NCBI GenBank assembly: GCA_043777275.1
Contig: JAYVQD010000516.1
Coordinates: forward strand, 1 to 46,841
Direction of reading: 5' to 3'
DNA from: Nitrosomonadales bacterium
GTDB lineage: Bacteria > Pseudomonadota > Gammaproteobacteria > Burkholderiales > SG8-41
DNA length: 46,841 nt
In this document: piece by piece, positions 17,349 to 26,228 of the stretch
How positions within the stretch are numbered: position 1 is the stretch's first letter
How the letters are laid out: the number at the start of each line of letters is the position of its first letter
Notes under the pieces: generated by a model
Told to the model about the DNA's origin: nothing
Seen by the model: the letters and a program-made list of their open reading frames with translations, nothing else
Database searches by the model: none
Position numbers and translations under genes: made by a program

Positions 17349-18521
17349 TCAAACAATCTGCGTCGCCACCGCCAGCAGCATTTCATCGTTGCCGCGCGCC
17401 GCGATCATCGACAAGCCCAGCGGACAGCCGTTCACGGTGGCCAGCGGCAGGCTCACTTGCGGTAGCCGGCCGATGCCTGAAATGCACAGCATGCCCATCG
17501 CGCGCTCGCGGAACGCCGTGGTCTGATCGGGCGGACAGTTCTTGAGTGGCGCGATGTCGGGCACGGTGGGCAGCAGCAGAATCGCATTGTTGGCGAGCAG
17601 TTTGTCGAGGCGCATGGCGAGTTCTTCGCGGCGCGGAATCATGCGCCCGACTTCAGCGGCGTCACTCTTTGCCACGGCTTCAAAACGCTTGCCGATGGCC
17701 GGGCCGAATTTCGGTTTCACGCGCGTCACCCACTCGCGATGTTCGTTCCAGATTTCGGCGAATTGTAAAACGCGAAACACTTCGAACCATTCGTTCAAAC
17801 CTTCGGCGCTGACTGTCACGGGCTCGGGCGCACCCAGCACCTTGGCGACACGCGCCAGCGCGGGCTGCAACGCTTGCTGTGCATCAGGCATGGCGAGCGC
17901 AAACGCATCCTGCGCGAGCAGCACGCGCCCCGGCGACGCGGCCTTACCGCCGAGCAGCACTTCGCCAACGCGGGCGAGTAAATCCGCATCACGCGCGAAC
18001 CAGCCGCAGGTGTCAAAGCCCGGCGCGAGCGCACATACGCCCTCAAGCGATATGCGTCCGTGCGTCGGGCGTATGCCGTAGAGGCCGCAAAAACTCGCCG
18101 GCGCGCGCACCGAGCCGCCGGTGTCGCTGCCGATGGCGAAGTCAACGAGCTTGCCCGCCACCGCTGCCGCCGAGCCGCTGGATGAACCACCCGGCACGCG
18201 GTCGGGAGCGGCCACATTGATCGGCGTGCCGTAGTGCGCGTTTTCGCCGGTGAGGCTGAACGCCATTTCCTCGGTGTGGGTTTTGCCGGCGAGTGATGCG
18301 CCCGCATCGAGCAGTTTTTTTGCTACGACGGAATGCGCCGTCGCAGCATCATGCGTGCGCAACCAGTCGGGACAACCGAAGCCGGTTTTGTGTCCGGCGA
18401 CATCGAAAATATCTTTCAGGCCAAAGGTCAGTCCGGCGAGCCGGCCGCTGGGCGCACCTGTCAATTCAACATGGGTGTGGCGACAAAAGGCGCCGAGTGT
18501 GTCCCGATCTAATATACTCAC
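17349..18521 (-). CDS. Amidase-signature family amidase
   Basis: GGSSSGSAAAVA plus GSDTGGSVRAPA amidase signature. GTG start preceded by AAGGAG. Confidence 0.85.
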   Translation of the reverse strand: MSILDRDTLGAFCRHTHVELTGAPSGRLAGLTFGLKDIFDVAGHKTGFGCPDWLRTHDAATAHSVVAKKLLDAGASLAGKTHTEEMAFSLTGENAHYGTPINVAAPDRVPGGSSSGSAAAVAGKLVDFAIGSDTGGSVRAPASFCGLYGIRPTHGRISLEGVCALAPGFDTCGWFARDADLLARVGEVLLGGKAASPGRVLLAQDAFALAMPDAQQALQPALARVAKVLGAPEPVTVSAEGLNEWFEVFRVLQFAEIWNEHREWVTRVKPKFGPAIGKRFEAVAKSDAAEVGRMIPRREELAMRLDKLLANNAILLLPTVPDIAPLKNCPPDQTTAFRERAMGMLCISGIGRLPQVSLPLATVNGCPLGLSMIAARGNDEMLLAVATQIV

Positions 18522-18531
18522 AAAAACTCCT

Positions 18532-18548
18532 TTAAAAACAAATACTTA
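18532..18548 (-). repeat. AT-rich 17-mer, copy 5 (perfect)
   Basis: The minus strand reads TAAGTATTTGTTTTTAAAGGAGTTTTTGTG: motif, SD, then the amidase GTG. Lies 7 nt downstream of the cytochrome c stop. Confidence 0.9.
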
Positions 18549-18554
18549 CACTAT

Positions 18555-19445
18555 TTACTGTAACGGCGGCAATGTCCGCAGCCACGCCACCAGCGCGTTC
18601 AGGTCTTCGTCGGTGAGCCGCTTCAGGTACTGCGCGTAGGTCGCCATGTTGATCGCCAGCGGGCGACCATTGCGCGATACGCCGTCGGTCAGCGCGCGCT
18701 TGATTTCAGCATCGCTCCACGCGCCCAATCCTTTGGTGGGATGCGAGGTAATGTTCGCCGCCGTTGAAAGACCCGCCGGTGATTTGAACACACGCCCGCC
18801 CTTGCCTGCGCCGGTGCGGTCGTTCGGCACATCGTCGTGACCGCGATCGGCGTGGCACTGCATGCAGTGGCCGAGGTTCGCAAGATACATCCCGCGCCTC
18901 ACCGGATCGCGCAGATCGCTTTCGCTCATCGGTTTTTCCGCGCCCGGATAAGGATAAGTGATCTGTTCTGATTTGTAGAACGGTGGCGCAACCTTGGCGT
19001 TGACCGGCGCAACGCTGCGCACAGACGCCACCACCGCATCCAGATCGCGCGGCGTCAGCACTTTATACAAAGAGTACGGCATGATGAAAGCGAGCTTCAC
19101 GCCATGGGGCCGCACGCCATCGACCAACGCGTGCTTAATCTCGGCATCGCTCCATTTGCCGATGCCGATGCCGATGCCGGTGCCGGTATCCTGGGTGATG
19201 TTGGAGCCGCTTACCGTAAACGTCACCTCGTCAAAGCGCTGTACGCCGCCGGCGAACTGCTGCGCTATCACCGGATTGCCTGCCTTGTCTTTGGGCGTGT
19301 GGCAATGATTGCAGGTCATGATGCCGTTGACGAGATAGTCGCCGCGCGCGAGCAGCGCCTCGGCGCTGTCACCTGTTGGTAATTGCGCGCAGGAACCCAA
19401 CGCTACCACTGCTGGCAAAACGACTACACGTAGCAAATAATTCAC
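18555..19445 (-). CDS. Dihaem c-type cytochrome, probable lipoprotein
   Basis: Two CxxCH motifs (CNHCH, CMQCH). Signal peptide with the lipobox-like ALGSC. GTG start. Confidence 0.8.
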   Translation of the reverse strand: MNYLLRVVVLPAVVALGSCAQLPTGDSAEALLARGDYLVNGIMTCNHCHTPKDKAGNPVIAQQFAGGVQRFDEVTFTVSGSNITQDTGTGIGIGIGKWSDAEIKHALVDGVRPHGVKLAFIMPYSLYKVLTPRDLDAVVASVRSVAPVNAKVAPPFYKSEQITYPYPGAEKPMSESDLRDPVRRGMYLANLGHCMQCHADRGHDDVPNDRTGAGKGGRVFKSPAGLSTAANITSHPTKGLGAWSDAEIKRALTDGVSRNGRPLAINMATYAQYLKRLTDEDLNALVAWLRTLPPLQ

Positions 19446-19474
19446 TAATGCCGTCTCCCCGAATTCTGCTGCGA

Positions 19475-20815
19475 CTACGCAAGCCTTTTCATTAACTTGG
19501 TGTGTATGCCGCCAAAGCCGCCGTTGCTCATAATCAGTACGTGGTCACCCGCACGCGCGGCAGCGGCGATAGCCTCCACCAGCCGCGCAAGATCGTCGCA
19601 CACGCTTGCTTTCGCGCCCAGCGGCGCGAGCGCGGCCGCCGGGTCCCAGCCCAGTCCGCCGCTGTAACAAAACACCGCGTCGGCATCCGCCAGGCTCGCG
19701 GGCAGCGCATTTTTCATCACGCCCAGCTTCATGGTATTGGAACGCGGCTCCAGCACAGCGAGGATGCGCGAGGCACCGGCCTTTTTGCGCAAGCCCGCGA
19801 GCGTGGTGGCGATGGCGGTCGGGTGGTGCGCGAAATCATCGTAGACGGTCACGCCGTTGACCACGCCTTTGATCTCCATGCGGCGCTTGACGTTTTTGAA
19901 GGTGGCGAGGGCTTCGATCGCCAGCTTCGCGGGCACGCCTGCATGGCGCGCGGCGGCAATCGCCGCCAGCGCATTTGCCACGTTGTGTTCGCCGAGCAAA
20001 TCCCAGCGCACGCGGCCCTGCATCGCGCCATTGAACAGCACATCGAGACCGTCGGCGCTTTGCGCGCCGGCCTGCCAACCGCCGCCGATGGAAAATCGCT
20101 CGATGGGCGTCCAGCAGCCGCGCGCTAGCACACGATCGAGATTGGCATCAGCGCCGTTGCTGACCATCAAGCCAATGCCCGGCACGGTGCGCACCATGTG
20201 ATGAAACTGCGTTTCGATTGCCGCAAGATCAGCAAAAATATCCGCATGATCGAATTCGAGATTGTTCAAAATCACCGTGCGCGGACGGTAATGCACGAAC
20301 TTGGAACGTTTGTCGAAAAACGCCGCGTCGTACTCATCGGCCTCAATGACAAAAAACGGCGATGGGGTCAGCCGCGCGGAAACGCCAAAATTCTCCGGCA
20401 CGCCGCCCACCAGAAACCCGGGATCCAGCCCGCCGCATTCGAGCATCCACGCCAGCATCGCCGTGGTGGTGGTTTTGCCATGCGTGCCCGCCACCGCCAG
20501 CACCCATTGATTGCGCAGCACGTTTTCTGCCAGCCACTGCGGGCCGGAGGTATACGGCAAGCCGCGATCGAGGATTTCTTCCATCAACGGATTGCCGCGC
20601 GCAACCACGTTGCCGATCACGAACAAATCCGGTTCGAGCTTGACTTGATCAACAGAAAAACCTTCGATCAGTTCGATACCCTGCGCTGTGAGTTGCGTGC
20701 TCATCGGCGGATACACATTGGCATCGCAGCCAGTGACTTTGTGCCCGGCGGAGCGCGCAATCGCCGCGATGCCGCCCATGAAAGTGCCGCAAATGCCGAG
20801 GATGTGGATATGCAT
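19475..20815 (-). CDS. mpl: UDP-N-acetylmuramate:L-alanyl-gamma-D-glutamyl-meso-DAP ligase (murein peptide ligase)
   Basis: MHIHILGICGTFMGGIA, GTHGKTTT P-loop. Mur ligase middle and C-terminal domains. 446 aa. Confidence 0.9.
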   Translation of the reverse strand: MHIHILGICGTFMGGIAAIARSAGHKVTGCDANVYPPMSTQLTAQGIELIEGFSVDQVKLEPDLFVIGNVVARGNPLMEEILDRGLPYTSGPQWLAENVLRNQWVLAVAGTHGKTTTTAMLAWMLECGGLDPGFLVGGVPENFGVSARLTPSPFFVIEADEYDAAFFDKRSKFVHYRPRTVILNNLEFDHADIFADLAAIETQFHHMVRTVPGIGLMVSNGADANLDRVLARGCWTPIERFSIGGGWQAGAQSADGLDVLFNGAMQGRVRWDLLGEHNVANALAAIAAARHAGVPAKLAIEALATFKNVKRRMEIKGVVNGVTVYDDFAHHPTAIATTLAGLRKKAGASRILAVLEPRSNTMKLGVMKNALPASLADADAVFCYSGGLGWDPAAALAPLGAKASVCDDLARLVEAIAAAARAGDHVLIMSNGGFGGIHTKLMKRLA

Positions 20816-20857
20816 GGTGGGGAGAATAACTCAACTGCCGTGTAACGACCGGCCCGC

Positions 20858-22117
20858 TCACTCAAATGCCAGCGCGCGCCGTATCTCGTCGTAACGTTGA
20901 TGAAGGTCTTCGGCGCTGGCGCCGCCGAGATTCAGCACGGCGTAGCGGTAGCTGCCGAGCCATTTCATTTCGCGCGCGAGGCTCGCGCCGCGCTTCAGAT
21001 ACAACATCAGCCGCGCATCGGGATAGCGTTGATGCACCGAATCGATCTGCGCCTGCCGTGGCACGCGCGTCAATGCATGCCCGTCAAAACGGCGGAACAC
21101 GAAACTCGCCGCCGCACCGAACGCGCCCTCACCCGTGGTGACGTGCGGCGTCTTGCCGAGCGCAAGATCGATCAACACCTCGTAGGGGTCGTAGCCATCC
21201 ACACGGCGATACAGATTCACAATTTGCGAGGCCATGCGCGGATTGATTTCGATGATCTGGATGCGCCCGGTGTCCGGCTGGTAGATCAGTTCGAGGTTGA
21301 AGAATCCGTAGCCGTAATCGAGGCCGGCGAACAGTTTTTCAGCCAGCACTTTCATGCGCGCCAGCACATCGGCAGGCAGGCGTGACGGATACTCGAAGCG
21401 CGCGAACGCCTGCGTGCCCGGATACATCACTTCATCGACGATGCCCAGGAAGGTCATCTTGCCGTTGAACATGAACCCGTCGAGGTTGACCTGCACGCCG
21501 GACATGATTTCTTCGGCGATCAAGTGATGCGCGTCGATGGTGAACGGTGTGTAACGCGCCATCAGGTCGTTAAACGGCGTCACCAATTTGTGCAGGATCA
21601 GGGTTTCGAGGAGATTAAAGCGCAGATGTCCCTGCAACTCGGCGAAGCTTTCCACCCGGCGCGCCAGCACGGAATACGTCGCCTTGACCGGTTTTACGTA
21701 GAGCGGAAACGGCAGGCCCACCTCGGCGGCCGTGTCCATTTTGTAGGGGAACACGGCGAAACGCGGCGTGGCTTCGGGCACGATTTTTTGTTGCAGGCAG
21801 CGCGCGTAATACTTGTGCTGCGCGGCGATAATCACCGCCGGGTCAGTGCCCGGCAAACCGAGGCGTTGCGCCACCACGGCGGCGATGAGCGCGCCGAATT
21901 GCTCGTTGTTACTGATAACGCCGTCGATGCGGCCATGATATTTTTTGACCAGCTTATCGACGTAACGCTTTACGTTAAAGGTAATCAGCCGCGCGTTTTC
22001 AGGAAACCTGAAAAGGTCGAACCCTTCGTAGAAAAACGCGTAGCGCTCACGATAGCGCGGTTGTTCGAGTTCGTCGCGGTCCCAATCCTTGGGGAAAAGC
22101 ACGAGGAGGCGTTTCAT
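20858..22117 (-). CDS. ATP-grasp domain protein of unknown specificity
   Basis: Central and C-terminal regions (YVKPVKATYS, FFNLELIY...IIEINPR) fit the ATP-grasp fold. The substrate cannot be inferred. Confidence 0.6.
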   Translation of the reverse strand: MKRLLVLFPKDWDRDELEQPRYRERYAFFYEGFDLFRFPENARLITFNVKRYVDKLVKKYHGRIDGVISNNEQFGALIAAVVAQRLGLPGTDPAVIIAAQHKYYARCLQQKIVPEATPRFAVFPYKMDTAAEVGLPFPLYVKPVKATYSVLARRVESFAELQGHLRFNLLETLILHKLVTPFNDLMARYTPFTIDAHHLIAEEIMSGVQVNLDGFMFNGKMTFLGIVDEVMYPGTQAFARFEYPSRLPADVLARMKVLAEKLFAGLDYGYGFFNLELIYQPDTGRIQIIEINPRMASQIVNLYRRVDGYDPYEVLIDLALGKTPHVTTGEGAFGAAASFVFRRFDGHALTRVPRQAQIDSVHQRYPDARLMLYLKRGASLAREMKWLGSYRYAVLNLGGASAEDLHQRYDEIRRALAFE

Positions 22118-22216
22118 TGTTGCGTCGATACCCTGCTACTTGTTCAGCAACCATTGTAACGCTTTCGGATATTCCGTTAAGCTTCGCATTCGACAGCCAC
22201 AACCGGAGTAATCCCA

Positions 22217-24160
22217 ATGAATGATCCACTCCATACCCAAGGTCCCGGCGATACCGCCTCCAGCCCAACCGCACAGGTGCCCCTGTCACAGTTGATGCAA
22301 ATGCGCCTTACCCGGCGAGAGGCATTGAAGGGCGTAGCCGCTGCCGGTGTGTACGGTCTGTTCGGCTGCGCCACGCCGGTACGGCAAAACACGGGATCGT
22401 CCCTGACGTTCACCGAATCCGGCCGCTTTATGGATGAGACGCACCACGTCGCACCCGGTTACCACGTGCGCACGCTGCTGCGCTGGGGTGACCCGCTGCA
22501 CGCCGATGCACCCGACTTCAATCCGTTGCAACAAACGGCGGCAGCGCAGGAGCGGCAATTCGGTGCCAACAATGACTACATCGCCTTCATGCCGCTGCCG
22601 CGCGGGTCAGCCAATTCGTCACGCGGCCTGCTGTGCGTCAATCACGAATACACCCTGGCGCCGCTGATGTGGCCGGGCTACAACGCTGCGGACTATGCCA
22701 AGAATGTAACGCGCGAACAATGCGAGACTGAAATGGCCGCACAAGGCCATTCCATCGTTGAAATCGAAAACCGCGGCGGCCAATGGACAATAAATCGGGA
22801 CAGCGCGTACAACCGCCGCATTTCGGCGCGCAGTACCGCGATGCGCATTTCCGGGCCTGCGGCGGGTCATCCACGCATGACCACCAGAGCGGATATCGCT
22901 GGCACGCGCGTGTTCGGCACCCTCGCCAATTGCGCGGGCGGCACCACGCCCTGGGGAACGGTGCTCACCGGCGAAGAAAATATTCATTACAGCTTTACCG
23001 GCGACGCCAGTACGGGGCGCGAGGCGGCAGCCTGGAAACGCATGGGCATCGATGGGCGCGGACGAAACCTGTGGGGCCGCTACTTTGACCGCTTCAATCT
23101 GAACAAGGAACCCAACGAAGTCAACCGCTTCGGCTGGATCGTGGAGATTGATCCCTACGACCCGAAATCCATGCCGGTAAAACGCACGGCGCTGGGCCGC
23201 TGCAACCATGAGTGCGCCAACACCACGGTCAGCCACGACGGGCGCATCGCCGTGTACTCGGGCGACGACAAGCGTATGGAGTACGTTTACAAGTTCGTCA
23301 CGCGCGATACCTACAACGCGCAAGCGCCCGAAGCCAATCGCGATCTACTCGACAACGGCACGCTCTATGTCGCACGGTTTGAGACGAGCAAGATGCGCTG
23401 GCTGCCGCTGGTGTTCGGGCAGGGGCCTTTGACCCAGGCGAACGGCTTCGAAAATCAGGGTGATGTGATGATCGAAACACGCCGCGCCGCTGATCTGCTG
23501 GGCGCAACCCCGATGGATAGGCCGGAAGACGTCGAAGTCAATCCCGCAACGGGCCGCGTTTACGTCGTGCTCACTTACAACGAGAATCGCAAACCCGATC
23601 AAGTGGATGCCGCGAATCCGCGCGGCCCGAACAAGCACGGGCACATCATCGAAATTATTCCGCCCATGGTCAACGGCAAGCCCGATCACACCGCGACGGA
23701 ATGCACGTGGGAGTTTTTCATTCTCGGTGGCGACCCGAAAAACCCCGAGCACGGTGCGCGCTATGGTAGCAATGGTAACGGCAGCCCTGTATCCGCCAAC
23801 GGCTGGATCGCCGCGCCGGACAATCTGGCGTTCGATCCCAAGGGACGCATCTGGATCGCAACCGACGGCCAAGACGATTGGGCAGGATTCGCAGACAGCC
23901 TGTATGCCGCCGAAACCAGCGGTCCGCAACGCGGTGTGACACGCAATTTTTTCAGTTCGCCACGCGGCGCGGAAGTCACGGGCCCGGCCTTCACGCCCGA
24001 TGGAAAAACATTGTTTCTCTCGGTGCAGCATCCCGCCGATGAGAAAGGCTCCACCTTCGACAAACCCTCAACGCGCTGGCCGGACTTCAAACCTGACTTG
24101 CCGCCGCGTTCCGCCGTGGTGGCGATTACCAAGGCGGATGGCGGAGAAATCGGCAGTTAG
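22217..24160 (+). CDS. phoX: PhoX-family (DUF839) secreted phosphatase, Tat-exported
   Basis: Twin-arginine motif LTRREALKG. GANNDYIAF, LLCVNHEY and a beta-propeller-like repeat body. GGAG lies 8 nt before the ATG. Confidence 0.8.
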   Translation: MNDPLHTQGPGDTASSPTAQVPLSQLMQMRLTRREALKGVAAAGVYGLFGCATPVRQNTGSSLTFTESGRFMDETHHVAPGYHVRTLLRWGDPLHADAPDFNPLQQTAAAQERQFGANNDYIAFMPLPRGSANSSRGLLCVNHEYTLAPLMWPGYNAADYAKNVTREQCETEMAAQGHSIVEIENRGGQWTINRDSAYNRRISARSTAMRISGPAAGHPRMTTRADIAGTRVFGTLANCAGGTTPWGTVLTGEENIHYSFTGDASTGREAAAWKRMGIDGRGRNLWGRYFDRFNLNKEPNEVNRFGWIVEIDPYDPKSMPVKRTALGRCNHECANTTVSHDGRIAVYSGDDKRMEYVYKFVTRDTYNAQAPEANRDLLDNGTLYVARFETSKMRWLPLVFGQGPLTQANGFENQGDVMIETRRAADLLGATPMDRPEDVEVNPATGRVYVVLTYNENRKPDQVDAANPRGPNKHGHIIEIIPPMVNGKPDHTATECTWEFFILGGDPKNPEHGARYGSNGNGSPVSANGWIAAPDNLAFDPKGRIWIATDGQDDWAGFADSLYAAETSGPQRGVTRNFFSSPRGAEVTGPAFTPDGKTLFLSVQHPADEKGSTFDKPSTRWPDFKPDLPPRSAVVAITKADGGEIGS

Positions 24161-24194
24161 GCAAAAATCAATCGGCACGATCAGGAGGGACGAT

Positions 24195-25157
24195 ATGCAA
24201 TTCGTTTCCGCTGCAACGATGGCTGCAATCGCAGCGCTATACCCGTCTGCCGTCATAGCGCAAAATTATCCCATCAAGCCGATGCGTATTATCGTGCCGG
24301 TCGCGCCGGGCGGCGGCCTCGATCCGCAGGCGCGGCTGCTTGGCCGGAAGTTTCAGGAAAGCATGGGGCAAATCGTCGTCATCGAGAATCGGCCCGGCGC
24401 GGGCAGCATGATCGGCACGGAGGTTGTCGCGAAATCTCCCGCCGATGGTTACACGCTGTTGTGCGCGGCGGCCTCGCTCGCCAGCGCTGCAACGCTCTAC
24501 AAAAATCTATCGTTTGAGGTGCAGAAAGATCTCGCGCCGGTGGGCCAGATTTCATCGAACCCACAGTTTCTGATCACGCATCCGAGCTTGCCCGCCACAT
24601 CGGTAAAAGAATTTATCGCGCTGGCAAAAAAGCAGGCCGGCAAGCTGAACGCCGCGTCGGGCGGCACGGGAACGGCGAACCACCTGGTGCTCGAAATGTT
24701 CAAGCAGCGCGCGGGTTTTATCGCAACGCACGTGCCCTATAAAGGCTCCGGCCCGGCGACCATCGCGCTGATGAGCGGCGAGGTGGATTTCAGTTTCGCC
24801 GGCGCGATCACCATGATTCCGCATCTGCGCTCCGGCAAGGTCAAAGCGCTGGCGGTAACCTCGCCCACGCCCACGCGACTGGCGCCCGATTTGCCGACGC
24901 TGGCGTCGCTGTATCCGGGTTTCGAGTCGGTAAACTGGTATGCGATATTCGTACCGGCGGCGACGCCCGCCGCCATCGTCAACAAGTTAAGCGCGGAAAT
25001 CGCCGCCGCCATCAAATCGCCTGAAGTCCGCGACTTCATGCTGAAAGAAGGCGCCGATGCGGTAGGCAGCACGCCGCAGGAATTTGCCACCTACTTCAGG
25101 AGCGAAGTCGCGCGTTACGCTGAAGTCATCAAGGCCGCGAATATCCGCGTTGAATGA
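24195..25157 (+). CDS. Bug-family (TctC-like) substrate-binding protein
   Basis: An internal ATG at 24195 with AGGAGGG upstream gives the signal peptide, then NYPIKPMRIIVPVAPGGGLD...HVPYKG. Confidence 0.85.
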   Translation: MQFVSAATMAAIAALYPSAVIAQNYPIKPMRIIVPVAPGGGLDPQARLLGRKFQESMGQIVVIENRPGAGSMIGTEVVAKSPADGYTLLCAAASLASAATLYKNLSFEVQKDLAPVGQISSNPQFLITHPSLPATSVKEFIALAKKQAGKLNAASGGTGTANHLVLEMFKQRAGFIATHVPYKGSGPATIALMSGEVDFSFAGAITMIPHLRSGKVKALAVTSPTPTRLAPDLPTLASLYPGFESVNWYAIFVPAATPAAIVNKLSAEIAAAIKSPEVRDFMLKEGADAVGSTPQEFATYFRSEVARYAEVIKAANIRVE

Positions 25158-25247
25158 TTCGCGGCAAGGCGCGATGGGTTGCGATGGGTTACGGCCATGG
25201 GCCAGTACCCATCACAAACACCGGTTGAATTTACCGGTTCACCCACC

Positions 25248-26063
25248 TCACTTCGTCACCACAATCTCACCCTTCATCCCCGGATGCAATCCGCAGATGT
25301 AACCGTAGACGCCTTCATCGTTGAACTGTAGCGCGGTACTTTGCCCTTTCAACACCACCGGCGTGCGCAACGTGCTCGCACCCTGCACTGTCACCTGATG
25401 CGGCGAATCGTCGATGTTGGTCCAGGTGATCGTCTGTCCGGCTTTAACCGAAACCTTCTCCGGGCCGAACAAAAACTCCGCAATCGCCACCGTGCCAGGG
25501 CCTGATGGCCGCTGCGCCGCGCCCGGCGCCGTGCCCGCCAGATTCGCCAGCGAAATCACAAAATCCTGTTTTGCATGCGGCAGATGGCAATCGAAGCACG
25601 CCTTGATGCCAGCGTTAGCTTTTTCGTTGGGCTTGCCGTCGGCGGTATAGGCCGCGTACTGCCAGTCGCCATTGCGCCAAGCCTCCGGCACCGAGGCACC
25701 CCAGCCCGCGCGCTTTTCCATCACCGTGACACCCATCGGTTTGCCTTTGATGAAGTTGCCTTTGGCGTCGCGCGCGGGTTTGCCATCCGCGCCTTCCTGT
25801 GCAGCGAAAATCGCCAGCGCCAGTACCGTGCCGTTGGGTATGGGTTTGCCTTCGCGCACGGCCTTCACTACCTCAGGCTTGGCATACAGCTCGCGGTATT
25901 GCTTGGTATCGTGGCGATTCAACTGCTGATACATCTCCCACTTCTCGAAGCCCGCCGGATACGCGACATCCTTGGTGCCTATCGTTCCTTGTGCCATCAG
26001 CACGCCTGCGCCGATAGCCAATGCAGCAGCAACAGCGGTGGTGATCTTGCGAATCTGCGTCAT
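25248..26063 (-). CDS. Cytochrome P460-family domain fused to a C-terminal type-1 copper cupredoxin domain
   Basis: ATG at 26063 (GGAGG upstream) gives a signal peptide. The P460-like body has YPAGFEKWE...VMEKRAGWG...GDWQYAAY...CFDCH (single CxxCH near the domain end). The C-terminal ~90 aa carry the amicyanin-type ligand set H (SPHQV) ... C-x2-H-x2-M (CGLHPGM). Confidence 0.65.
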   Translation of the reverse strand: MTQIRKITTAVAAALAIGAGVLMAQGTIGTKDVAYPAGFEKWEMYQQLNRHDTKQYRELYAKPEVVKAVREGKPIPNGTVLALAIFAAQEGADGKPARDAKGNFIKGKPMGVTVMEKRAGWGASVPEAWRNGDWQYAAYTADGKPNEKANAGIKACFDCHLPHAKQDFVISLANLAGTAPGAAQRPSGPGTVAIAEFLFGPEKVSVKAGQTITWTNIDDSPHQVTVQGASTLRTPVVLKGQSTALQFNDEGVYGYICGLHPGMKGEIVVTK

Positions 26064-26205
26064 AACCCCTCCCCGAATAAATGATGCAACAGTTGAACCT
26101 GCCACTGAACGTAAGCACGTGAAAACGTGAGCGTCCATAGGCTACATCAGCTTTCGTCGTGCGTCAGCATCAATCCTTACATCATGGCGTCATTAAAATT
26201 ATTGT

Positions 26206-26222
26206 TTAAAAACAAATACTTA
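26206..26222 (-). repeat. AT-rich 17-mer, copy 6 (perfect)
   Basis: Lies 6 nt downstream of the PhyH stop and 142 nt upstream of the P460-cupredoxin ATG. Confidence 0.9.
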
Positions 26223-26228
26223 TACTAA

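Noticed and set aside
19447-19458. AATGCCGTCTCC resembles the Neisseria DNA uptake sequence ATGCCGTCTGAA.
   Set aside because: It is a single imperfect occurrence, with no second copy or inverted partner in the window. Most likely coincidence.
25171-25212. Tandem GCGATGGGTT x2 and a short ATGGGT...ACCCAT inverted repeat between the convergent Bug and P460 genes.
   Set aside because: There are only two 10-nt units, and the stem is 6 bp with a 17-nt loop and no U-tract. That is too little structure to call a terminator or repeat family.
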